DNA of 64,000 bases from Cercozoa sp. M6MM (taxonomy: Eukaryota; Protista; Endomyxa: Ascetosporea): the NCBI GenBank assembly GCA_040357565.1, contig JBDODJ010000026.1; one strand, 5' to 3'. The notes beneath the pieces were generated by a model, which did not search any database, had not been told where the DNA came from, and saw only the letters and a program-made list of their open reading frames with translations. How positions within the stretch are numbered: the first letter of the stretch is position 1; every line of letters begins with the position of its first letter. The translations under genes were made by a program, and so were the position numbers. Below, piece by piece: positions 1 through 12,800 of this stretch.

Positions 1-962
1 AAAAACACGCACTTCCCAAGCGTCGCTGATGGTGTGATCCCAGGGTCGCACACACAGCATCGACAGTGGCACCGACAGCGGCGATCGCTCTGTCTCGGTG
101 CTGGCACTGTTGACTGTGTCCAAGTACTGCAGGGCACGGCACAGGTCTGTGTGCACGCGTTCAGACGACAGCAGTAAGCACATGGCCTCTTCAGGCTGAG
201 AGGTGTTTCATAGCTGTGTAAGGGAAGAGAGGTAAGAGTCAAAGCTAGGATACTGTTTCGAGTCGCAACAGTGACTGCTGCATTGCGAAGAACTCGCGCA
301 AGCATGCGTTTGTTGCACCGCGTACCTTACGCACTTGTCCCTTCTGGTGAAAGGTCAAACTAACTGATCATGCAAACAGAATACAAACTGCATAAATTAC
401 GTCAAAGACAAAATCAACAGTGTCGGGTGACACGTGCAGTTGTTGCAGCAGTTGCATCATCCGAAACACTGTTTGATCGCTGCATCAGGTAGGTTGAGCA
501 CAAGATAGTGCAAAGCTCCAGCTCAACAAATACCGCCTATGTGTGGGCAAAATGCCATCCTTCGGCGAGCGAGAGCCAAGCCGCGCGAAAAATGCACCGC
601 CACTGCAACAACACAGCAGTTGACAGTATCTGAGTTGGTTACCCGATAATAAATTACCGCCTTTTGCCTGCCTCCTTAAGTTGTAAGTAGACCTGTCCAA
701 CGAAACGTTTGTCACGTTTGGACAGTGGCTCACTGCCGCAGTACCTCCAGCCTACAGACAAAATACGTAAATGATGATACGCACCAAGTATGGCAAAGTT
801 ACGGTACACGCGCGACAGTGCGCGCACCTGGTCATCGCTGAGTGCTATGAGCGTCGGACGGTCTGTTGGTGCCAGCAAGTGCACCCAGTGCTGCATGTCA
901 CCTACGGTTCATCAAACACTCTCCAAGCAGGAAATACGGGGAAGAGAACACACCTGATGCAT
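1..962 (-). CDS. 5' part of a multi-exon hypothetical gene running off the left edge
   Basis: Minus-strand open exons bounded by GT-AG introns (exon EAMCLLLSSERVHTDLCRALQYLDT...WE followed by GTGCG near 12; exon in ORF 654..896). No family recognised and the start is a guess. Confidence 0.45.
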
Positions 963-1109
963 CCTCTAGGAAGCGATCGTGGCGTTGAATATCTAGATTA
1001 GACGCCATTCTCGCGGGTTAAATGTGCTGAAGACACTTGCCAATTCTTGCCGAACAGCCAGGGGGTGTACATTTCCAGTTTAAATAGCGTAGTTTACTTA
1101 ACTAACAAA

Positions 1110-3848
1110 TCAGGCAAAGCCAAAGCCCTCACGCCCCTCGTCGATGGCGACAAAGAGTCGCTTGCGCAGAATCTCGGGCGACGAGTAGCGCGGCAGGTTG
1201 AGCTGGTGGAAGCACGTGTTGGCCGTCGGCAGCGAGGCGTCGCCGCCGCTGGCGCGCGCGATCTGGAAGCGTTGGATGCCATGCTGTCCTCGCAGGGCAG
1301 CAAAGCCTTCCAGCGGCACTACAGCAGAGGGTTGGATAATATTGAGATATGTAGTGGGGGGGGGGTACCCTTGGAGGTGCCGGTAACGAACTGCAGCAGC
1401 GCAGCGCGTCGTTCGTTGCTCATGTCGCGTACGCACTGCCAGAACCATTGGATCTGCGGCGACGTGGCACTGGCGCGGCCGGAGACAGCGCTGGCACGGC
1501 CGGCGACCTCGTAGCCCATGTAGTCGCAGTTGGCCTGCCAGTCGTCGACGTCAATGTCGGGCGTGCCGCACAGCAGCAGCTCGAGCTCGTCGTCGCGGAA
1601 GACCGAGAGCACGCCAAGCGGCACCACCGAGGCCACGCCTTGCCGGAAGGCGCGCGTCTGCGCCGCTATGGCGCGACTCAGCCGGTGCTGCACAAAGGCG
1701 CGCACGTACTCGTGCTTATTGTCGTCGCTCACCGTCAGTGCGGCACCGTTGGGGCACAGCTCCTCCGTGCGCGTGCGGCCGAATTGGTCCACACTGGAGG
1801 GAGGGGAGGTAGGGTAGAGGTAGGGTGGGGGGGGGGGTAGGGGCCTACCTGTCAGCAGTGAAGGGCGTGTCGTCCAGCACGCCAGTGACGGAGTGATTGA
1901 GCATCCACTCCAGCGACCGGTGCAATGCCTCGTCCACCAAAGCCAAGTCATCCAGTCCGACTCGCATGCCGAGTACCTAACGGACAGGGTGGGTCAGGTT
2001 AGGTGGGTAGGGTCGGGTAGGTAGGAGAGCTACCTGCTTACAGAAGGGCCGAGACAGGTGCACATCCAGCAGCTGCTCGTTCTGCAGTGCGCACGCCACC
2101 AACTGCCCGCAGAAGCGGAACATGCGCAGGTGATCCTGTATGATCAGCCACACGCACACCGTCATAGACAATGACCTATCGGAGTGATCAGTGTGATCGA
2201 TCAGAGAAAGGTACCGGCATGACATCACCCGAGTGTGCATTCGGTTGCAGTACGCCTGCCTCACTGGAGACCCACACATACACACATACACACATACACA
2301 CATACACACATACACACATNNNNNNNNNNACACACATACACACATACACACATACACACATACACACATACACACACACACACATAGACCATAGACACAC
2401 AGACCATAGACACAAAGACCATAGACCCACAGACACGTGTCCCACTGGACGGTACCTCTTCCACAGTGCGTAGCCAGGCGAGAACACCGTCTTGGCCAGC
2501 ACGGCGTAGAACTCGCGCTGCACGCCGCCCTGATCGACGCCCTCCTCGCCCAGGAACTTCACCGAGAACTCCGCGTACCGCAGCAGGTCGACATTCTCCA
2601 CATGATCCACCTGTCAGTCACACCATCCCTCAGTCCAGTCACACCGTCTCCCCCGTCATCCCCCAGTCAGTAGGTATCAACAAGTATACCTGATCCGGGT
2701 GCGCATAGCCGCGCTTGTCGAGCTGCTGGAACCACTCGAGCGCGTCCTCGAAGAGCCGATCGCGTCGCACCGTCACTCGCAGCGGCAGTCGCAAGAAGCC
2801 GCGGCCACTACTGCTGGCACGTGTGCCTGCGTCCAGTCACACAGTGTGTGCACGTGTACATACACGTGTCTCACTGGCCCAGTGGAAAGGTACCGATACT
2901 CCGCATGTCGATGAGTCGCCAGCGCAGCCACTCGCGCTTCTGCGCGAACGAGAACACGCAGCGTCGCGGGTGCATGGCCAGCCAGTCCATCACGGGACGG
3001 TTCTCCCTGTGCGCAGGGTGCACACCGTGTCCATCATACCGCATACAGTGTACACAGATGATACCTGCGTGACAGGAGATGTTCGACACCACCGCGACGT
3101 TGCGTCATTGCGCCTCTACACAAAACCATACCGGTGAGGGGTAAAGATAAGGTAGGCAAGTTCAAGAGGTACATGTTGGCACGCAGTCGTTCGACGAAGC
3201 GTAGCGAGGTGCCGTACAGCGAGGCGGCATCGTTGCGCAGGTCGGTTTGAGCCGTGTCTTCAAGGACCGCCTCCTCTCGCTCCTTCTCCTGCTGTTGCGA
3301 CTCAGCTTCCGACTGCTGCTGCTTGCGCGCACTGTTGACACGTGACATCTGCAGTGGCACCGTCGCGTAGTCCTATGTCAAGTGTCGATTGATTGATCGG
3401 TGCCAATCGTCACTAAGGGAGCGAGATGGGGTACCTCTTCATCACGGATAGCCAGTCGCTGTCGGATGCGCTGGTGGTATGTCTCCACACTGTCCGGCAG
3501 CGCGCCTGTCCGTAGCTGCGGCGGTGCGCAGATGCGTGCCGCCAGGAAACACATCGTCGACACCTGCATACACGTGCACACATACACACACACATACTCG
3601 CCCCCACTGCAGGGTCGTACCACAGGCCGGAAGAGTTCGAGTGTCTGCAGCGACGCCGACGTGTGTTTACCGGTGTCGTCACCGTCGGTATCATCGGTCA
3701 TCCTGACCGCACCGTCACCGTCAGTGGCACGTGCCACGTCGGCACCGTTCGCTGCGATCGACTCGCGCACCAGAGTGTTCTCGAGACACGTGAACAGCGA
3801 CACGAGCGTCGGAAGCACCGCACCGACCCGACGTGCCGCGTCGCCCTG

Positions 3849-3927
<79 letters not shown>

Positions 3928-6858
3928 GGNNNNNNNNNNNNNNNNNNNNNNNNNNNNNNNNNNNNNNNNNNNNNNNNNNNNNNNNNNNNNNNNNNNNNNN
4001 NNNNNNNNNNNNNNNNNNNNNNNNNNNNNGGGAGGGGATAGGGGTTAGAGTAGAGGGGTACCTCCTGCAGCAGCGTGATGAGGTCGCGTGCGTTGGCGTC
4101 GATAACCGAGTCAAAGATCTCCGCAATCACCTGTAGGTTGCTCTGTGCGCCCTGCTGCGACTGATCGCCACGTGACTGATCGCGATCAGCGAGACCGTTA
4201 GTGACGCCGTCGGTGGCACCGTCAGTGACACCGTCTCGTTCCGGGTGCTCGCGCGAGATGGCCACGATGCAGGCCACGACCTGTCGCACCGTGTCGCGCA
4301 CACGCGCGTTCTGCCGCCCGGCTCGATTGGCGCACTCGAAGAAACTGCGCCACAGCGTCAGTGACTACACAAACATACACACCGTCAGTCAGCGAGTTCC
4401 AGCGGGTCACTTGGGATCACTTAGGGTCACTCGGGGGTCACTCAGTCACGTGGGACGGTACCTGCGGAGTAAAGTCCAGTCGCGGCACGATCACGCCGCC
4501 CGATCGCGCGCGCTTCCGGCCGCCATCGCTGTTGTGTTCGTGCACGCGTTGCAGTAGCTTGAGCTGCGTGCAGTCACACCGTTATTGATCGGGTATCACC
4601 TCACTCACTCACAGGGACAAGAGGTACCAACAAGCGAGACAACTGATCCACGACATTGGCCGACTTGGCCACTTCAGTCACAGCGAACAGTCGCAGCAGC
4701 AGCTGTACCACATGCACATGTGAGTCACTCCACTGGGTCACAAGACTAGCACGTGACCTTACCTCGATACGGTGCCAGTTGCACGTGAAGAAAGCGCCGA
4801 CCGAACGGCGCAACTGACGACGCGACTCGAGTCGCTCTGCCTCCAGTCCTTCCTCCATGTGGCGCGAGTCGTTGAAACTCTGGCGCAGAAAGTTCGCGCA
4901 GCGCTCCAGCATTACCGTGGGCACTCCTGCGGGTGGGGGTAAAAGTAGAGGTATGGCCAAAGCAAAGCAAAGGCACCAACGCTGCCAGTCTGCGCAGAGG
5001 CGCCGCTGCCGGTGACATGCGACGGCAGCGACTGCAGCAGCGCCGTGTTCAACTCGATGCCGGCGTCGACCGCCAGTTGCTCGCGTTGCTTGGACTCTAG
5101 TGCCACGCCTACTCAATCCAGTCAACACAACCAGCATAAAATAAAAACTCAAACACAAACACAAACATAACATAAACATAAACACAAACACAAACATAAA
5201 CACAAACATAAACATAAACACAAACATAAACATAAACATAAATGAAAACATGTATAAACACAGGAAATATAAACAACTTATATAACGAGGTCTACCTGCG
5301 ATGAGGCACGAGCACAGGCAGTGCAGCGTGTGCGACAGCACCTGCGGCTCGCGTTCCATGTTGTCGCACAGCAGCTGGTGCACGCGGAAGGCGTCCTGCA
5401 TGGCATCCGCCGCGAACAGATGCAGCACCGAGTCCACCACCTCCGGCAGCAGCAGCGACGTCGGCCGCGTTTCCTGGTGCACGGGGTGTACACTGAGTAC
5501 AGAGGAGAGAGGTGTGTGTGGGGGGGGGGTATACCTCCAGCAACGCAGTCGACACAGCGGCGGCGACGTTTCGCGTTTCGTTCGTCGCCGACGTTCGCTG
5601 TCGCTTCGACGGTCGTTCCGCGTCGTCGTCGTCGCCTGTTTCCTCTGTGTGCACGTGTTCCGGTACACTTGGACAGTCCATTTAAATGGTCCAGTCTGGA
5701 CCTACGTTTGGACAGGACAAATACCTGGACGCTCACGCGGCGGCAACTCGGATCGAGCGTCCGCGAAACGACGTCGCCGCTCGTGCATCTCCGCCAGTCG
5801 CTCGTGCACCGACTCGCTCAGCGCCCGTACCGACTCGCTTAGTCCCGGAGCGACGTCGCGTCCGCGCGGACTGCACGCCCCAGCCACATAACCCCACATA
5901 CAGTGACCGTTTATCATTTCACCCCACATGTGTGACGTACCCAGCGAGATTGGCCGACGTCATACGACGCAGCGCATCTCCCAGCTACAGCAGGGGGGGG
6001 GGGGGGGGGTAAGGAAGGCAGAAATACGGGGGGCAAGAAAGGGGTAGGAATGAGGGGTGAGGTTAAAAAAAGGCTACGCCGTCGACGCGGTGATGGAAGT
6101 TGTGCAGCACACTGAGCAGCGCGTCCTCGAAGGAAGTTCTGGCGCCAGGGCCGCTTGGGGGCTCGCTGTCCTCGTGTCCTCTCTGTGAGGGTACAAACCG
6201 ACGGTACAAGTGTGCATCTGTACGGTACATATGTACGCTGTACACACACTTAAGAGTACCTCGTCGTGTCGACGCTGCTGCGCGGCGCGTGCCGTGCGCG
6301 TGAAGTGCTCGATGGGCCGCGCCTGCCGGTCCAGCATCGCCTTGACGAACACGCTGCTCGGCAGATCCAGCGACTGCAGTTCCTCTATGGACGCATAGAT
6401 TTGTTAAGAGAGAGTGCACATGCAGTTAAGGGAGAGGACATTGTTGTCAAAGGTGTACCATCGGACAACTGGCGCAGCACGGCATTGCGTTCCTCGTCGG
6501 TGTTGGCGTTGTGGTAGCGCGCCAGCACCTGCATCTCCTGCAGCTCCGGCTCGCGCACACGGGGTGCGTTCGCACGTGCTACTCACATGGGTCAGTGGGT
6601 CAGATAGAGGGTCAGACAGTGGGTCAGTGAGAGGGTCAGAAGGGTGGTACCATCCTCCTGCGCGCGGTGGAACGCGATGCGCTGCTGGATAAAGTCCTGC
6701 TGCATCTCGGGTGGAAAGTTCTGCAGAAACACGTAGAAGTCGCCCTCGCGCATTGTGAGGAACTCGGGCTGCTGCTGCTGCTGTTGTTGTTCGGGTTGTT
6801 GTTGCTGTTCGGGTTGTTGTTGTTGTCCGGGTTGTTGTTCGGGTTGTTGTTGTTCGGG

Positions 6859-6926
<68 letters not shown>

Positions 6927-7027
6927 GCTGTTGCTCAGGTTGTGGTGCAGCTACAGAAACACACCCCTCGAAACGTATACAGACACTATATATATATACA
7001 TACATACATCCAGAGATAGATGGATAG

Positions 7028-7059
<32 letters not shown>

Positions 7060-9778
7060 TATACCGTCCGACTGCTCGGGCTGCTGACTGTCGTTGTTGA
7101 CGGGTTCCGTGTCGACCTCGTTCTGCTCGTGTCGCTCGTCGTGATCGATCTGCATCGGTTCGGCACCGTCGTTGCGATCACTACGATCACCGTTGGTGTC
7201 ACCGTCGCTGCTGTCGTTGTCGCTGCTGCTACCGATGCGCATGAGGCGGCGGCGGCGTCGCACCGGCCAGGCGGGCCGTCGCTGCGGCATCCTCAAATGG
7301 CCCGGGAAGGGCGGCGGCACCTGCGGCACGCGTGATCGCGTGCCAGGTCGCAGCATGTCGGGCAGGCCCATGGTCCGACTCAGCAGACGGAACACGTTGC
7401 GGTCGACCCGATTGGAATCCCGCTCGTTCTCGTGCTCGTTCTGTTCCTTCTCGTCGTGCTCGTCCTTCTCCTCTTCGTCGTCGACCACAGCGGCGGCATT
7501 CGTGTCACCAGCAGTGCGTTTCAGCACCTGCTGCAGCAGCGGCTGCAACTGAAACGCCACCGACGCCGCTGTCATCTCCCACCTGTCTCAGCATGAGGAA
7601 GGCTCGAATCTGCTAACGTGTATACACATAACCAACAAGCATACCAGCGCAGGAAGGTCGGCGCTGACACTATGTTTTCCGGCAGCGGCAGTGCGTCCAA
7701 CGTGGCCGGCAGGGCAAAGTATAGCTGTCCAATATAGAGTCCAGTACAGTCATAATACGGGGTCCATCATGAGTCCATGAATCAGCCAACATGGGGACAA
7801 CTGTACCTTCTCCGAGCTGGTACCAACGCCGTCCAAAAAGACCGCAGCGGCCGTCTGCCACACCGTGTCGTCACTGTCGCCGACAGTATTGTCGTCGCAC
7901 AGTGCCGAATCCAGCAACGGGAGCTTGTCCCTGGCACGTGCCAAGACGAGACCACTACACGTGACACAAGTGTACGCACACGTGCCGGTGCAACCACATA
8001 CAACACTGGTACCTATCACCACCCCGACTGGCACCGGTAGCACCGAATGGCATGCCACGTGACTCCAGTGGCCACACACCCATACGCATCGCCGACAGGA
8101 ATGGGAACCGTCGCATCAATCCGTCGCTTGGGCTACACACAAACACATAGAGAAACCGCCCCACGTGTCCAGCTGTCTGTCCACACTACAACAGTACTAG
8201 TGAGTGAGAGGTACTGCATGTCCACATGACGCCGCCGACCGCGTTGCTGCTGCGACAGACGGAAGCTGCGCAGAGGCGGCTGACTCGGCCGATCACCTCG
8301 TCGGCCTACTCGCATGTTAGACATGCCCATACCCACACACCCTGTGTCCTCCCCTTTAACCACCTGTGCCCCCTAGCTATGCCCTTCACTGTGCCCCCTC
8401 AGTACCTGCACCAAGTGCGTTGCGCATGCGGCGGCGCACAGGCGGCGAGAAGCGGAAGCCGCCGGCTGCGTTATCGGACACGTTCATGTCCAGTGCGTCG
8501 ATGTCGTCGGCCTGCAACAGTGATCGCACGTGCGACGGTACACATGTGCGACGGTTCCCCAGTGGGACACGTGCGAGATCAACACAGTGACAAGGGACAG
8601 ATCAGTCAGTGGCGGTACCTGGTCGCGCGCCTCGTGCATGGTAAAGAACGGGTACTCGTCGGCACCCATGCCGCTCCGGAGGTCGTCCTCCGAGTCTGAG
8701 TCCGAGTCCGAGTCCGACGACTCTGACTCTGAGTCCGACTCCGACAGCATACGATGTCGGTGATGATGTCGGTGATGATGTCGGTGATGGTGCACGTGTC
8801 CACTGCGATCACCGTCGTCGTCCTCGCTGGAGTGACTGCGGTCGGACTGACTGCTGTGACTGGCGGCGGCGTCCTGCACGTGCCGCTCGGCTTCGACCAG
8901 GTCGATCGGCGCCGCTGCCATCGGCAGGATCAAGTCCTCGTCCAGCATGCCTGTACAACACACACACAGGTGCACAACCCAAGATATAATACACAGGGAG
9001 GCACACACCATCAGCGTCGACGTCGGCGGCAATGTCCTCGGCGGCACTCTCTGCCTCGGGCAGGCCGATCTGATCCTCGTTCTCGAACATGAAGTCGTCG
9101 TCCACATCGACGCCGGCGTCGGCCTCGTCCTCGTCCTCGTCGTCGCCCTCGTCGCCGCCGCCGACACGCGGCGCACGCTGCACAAAGTCCTCGCCGTCCA
9201 GGTCGCTCTCCGACGAGGAGGAGTCCCCGGCCTCGTCGTCCGAGTCGACCTCGTCGTCGGCGTCCTCGGCCTCGTCCTCGGCGGCCACGTTGTCGCCCTC
9301 CAGCATCGCGTGCTCGCCCTCGTTCGGTGCAGTGCCATGTACCTGTGTTTAAGGGGTGTAGCGTTCATCTGGCCTTTTAGTTAAGGGTGCAGCGTGTACC
9401 AGATTGGGCCACATGACGTCCCAGTCGTCGTCCCACTCGACGTCTGAGTCGTCCGTGTCCAACACGAGTTCCACGTCGATGTCAAAGTTTCGGTCACTGC
9501 GAGAGGTACACACACAGATGATACACATGCATGGATAGTACATATGGACAGCACACATGTACACATAGGCAGTACACATGGACAGTACACAAGGACTGAA
9601 ATACCTGGCCACAGCGGTGGAGGCGCCATCGTCGATGTCGCTGCCGAACATCATGCGGAACTGGTCGCTGTCGACCTCCATCTGCAGCACCAACTCGTGC
9701 TCGTCCAAGAAGTCCTCGTCCTCGTCCTCGTCCTCATCCTCGTCGTCCTCTTCTTTCTCTTGGTCTACTTCCCCACAG

Positions 9779-9816
<38 letters not shown>

Positions 9817-12800
9817 CTACAATGACAAATGCACAAGCACCATCTCGCATGGCATCGGCATCACGTGTCGCACGTGCAGTGTCAGTGTGCGCGTCAGTGT
9901 GCACATCAGTGTGCACATCAGTGTCACCTTCGCTGTTCTGACCGTCGTTCTTGCCGGCCTGCTGACGGTGCAGCTGCACGCGCAGTGGGCCAATGGAACC
10001 GTCCAGTTGCGTCAGTTCGTGCAGCACGTGCACGATGGCACGCACCAGGCGTCGCTCGACGTCGCGGGTCTCGCCGTACCGTTTCGTCAGTCCGGGTGCA
10101 CCCGGCGTAGTCTGCGCGGTGGCACCTGCCTCACTGAGCTGCTTGAGCGAGGCGCCTAGTCCGCGCAGCAGAGACGCGAGAGTCACGTCGAGCTGCTGCG
10201 ACAGGAACAGCAAAGCCGCGCGACGTCGCACACGCCGCAGGCGGAACAGGTGCCGTAGAGTGTCCACCAGCGGCGTCAGTGCCGAGTGCACGTCCTTCAA
10301 CTGGACCTGCAACACACACACCAAATCACTTTGACTATAGCAGGTGCTCACAAACAGCACACATGCTACCGTAATGGTATCGCCACTGAGCACACTTTTC
10401 GACAGCTTGCGTGCAGCCACAGCGAGTCGGTGTGCCTCCAGACACAGCTGTTGCAGTACCTGCAGACCCAAACATCATACACACTGGGAGAGACGGTGGG
10501 GGGGGGGTCAAACCTGGCGAGTGCGACGCCTCCCGATGTCGGAGCGCACGAGAGTGTAGACGAACTCGGCGGCAGGCTTGGAGGTGTTGCACGGGTTTCC
10601 GTACGGCATCAGTTCCGTCAGCACGTAGTGGTAGAAATCGGGCCGGTTGCCAGCACTCGGCAGCTCGTGCGAGACAGCACTACCGACTGGAGTGCGCGGC
10701 GACACGAGCGACTTGCCCGACACGGGAGACAATGCCGGATGCACTGCGCTGACAGTGTCGGCAGCAGCACCTGGGAGGCGTCCTGGGAGAGTATTAGACA
10801 GGGAGCCTGTGAGGGTAGCTGGGAGGATATTAGAGGGTAGCTGGAAGGGTATGGGACAGAGTGCTTGGTAGGATACCAGGCACAGTGCTGGTGGCAGACG
10901 GCGCCGTCTCTACAAAGAGACCGACGAACTGCGGCAGCACGCGAATCGTGCGAATGAAGAAGTTCACCACGTCGGTCGGATTTAGCGCAAAGTGCGCCAG
11001 CGGCACTCGCCACGACGCGTGCACCTGTGCCGACAGTTCGCGACTCTGTTGCTCGGCCAACAGACGATGCGCCATGCGACTGACCTCGCTCTCTCCCTCT
11101 GTACCGGCATCCAACGGTAGGGTAGGTGGGTAGGTGGGCAGTGGGTAGCTAGGCAGGTGTACCCAGGTCGGTGTGCTGCAGAAACTTGCGCAGCTCGAGC
11201 GGCAGCGCGTGTCGCCGCCGCACCTTGCACACGTGCACGAAGCGCTGCAGGAAGGCGAACATGTAGTTGAATACGGTGCGTGCCGTGTGCGGCACCGTCG
11301 CACTGCGATCGCTGCTTCGGTGCTCGCTCCACTGCGAGTCCTTCAGTCGCACGTGCACAAAGTCGTCCTGCCCCAGCAAAGACACTTTCGTCATCTAGGG
11401 TACTTACTACAAGGACACTAGTGTACCCTGTCAGAGCCGCCGAGACTGGCATCGCTGCGGATCTCGACGTCGCACACATCGCGCACGGCCTGTACGAACA
11501 CGTCGACGTTGCGGTCGATCAGCGGCGCAAAGGTTTGCACGAGTTCCATAATGTCGATACTCTGTACAGATCGGGTCATATGGACAGGGTGGGGGGCAGT
11601 TCCGACGGTACATATGGACAGTAGTGTACCGTGTCCTCGGTCCGTCGGTCCGAGCGGCGGCGAGTAGCGGTGCGCATCTGGATGCGGATCTCGTGCCGCA
11701 CGGCGTCGAGTAGCACGGGCGGCGACTCGAAGCAGTGGCGCAGCACCTCGCACGTCAGCACGGCGATCGGTGAGTTCGACGCCAGCAGCTTGCTGTCCTC
11801 CAGGAGACACACCGGTGCTGCAGCCTGAGCCGATGCCTGAACCGATGCTTGAGCCGACGAGGCGATCTGCCTGAGCATGGTCTGATCGAACACATTCCAG
11901 GCCAGCTCGTCGTGAGCAGGGTTCTCCTCGTCGCCCGTAGTGCCGGCCTGCCGCAGGGTCATCTTGAGCAGGTGCTTGACGCCTCCCAGATTCACGAAGT
12001 GCTCGGCCAGCGGGAAGTATCGCGTCAGGCGCGACAGTACGTGCAGCAGCGGGAAGGCCAGTACCTAGATCAGTTGGGTAGTACTACTACACTGTACGGC
12101 ACTGTACAGATAGAGGGTGGGGTGGGGTACCGTGGACAGCGGTGTGACCGGTGTCTCCGTATCGGCATGCCGCTGCGCGAAGCGTTCGAGCGAGAGCGGC
12201 GTCGCGGAGCACTTGAGCACGTCGACACACACGCGCAGCAGCGAGTCGCAGGCAGCGCGCGACAGACCTGCCTTGAGCGGCGAGTACACGTGCGACTTGA
12301 GCAGCGCGTCCTTCACGGCGGCGGCCTCGTCCTTGTCACCCTTGTCTTTGTCCTTGTCACCCTTGTCCTTGTCCTTGTGACCCATGTCGGTATCTTCCTT
12401 GCCACCCTTGTCCTTGTCACTCTTGTCCTTGTCACCCTTGTCCCCCTTGACTCCCTTGTCCTTGTCCTTGGGGTCTACCTTGCGCTGCGACAGCATGCCT
12501 TCGAACAGGTGCAGCACCGTGGCGCACAGCGACTGCAGTCCGCGCGGAGGCAGGCGCAGCTGCCAGCGTCGTCGTCGGCGCAGTGCCGCGCACATCACCG
12601 TCAGCAGCGCCTTGACCGACTCGGAACTCACCAGACGGTGCCGCAGCGGCGTCGGCGCCTTGTCCAGCAGCACGGCCAGGAAGTAGGCCACGTGGTGCAG
12701 TCGGCGCAGTCGGTGGTCACTCGCGGCTCCACTGGGTCGGCACGTGTGCACCGTGTCGTCGCTGGCGAACTGCGCCGCGTATCGCTGCAGTCGCTCTTCG

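Noticed and set aside
214-253. GTATCCT donors suggesting U12-type introns (also near 10876 and 63813)
   Set aside because: They lack the full RTATCCTTT and a clear TCCTTAAC branch site, and fit the general GTAY donor bias.
6667-7035. Poly-Leu and poly-Cys ORFs on the + strand (similarly 45539-45841 on the - strand)
   Set aside because: Antisense shadows of polyQ-coding repeats.
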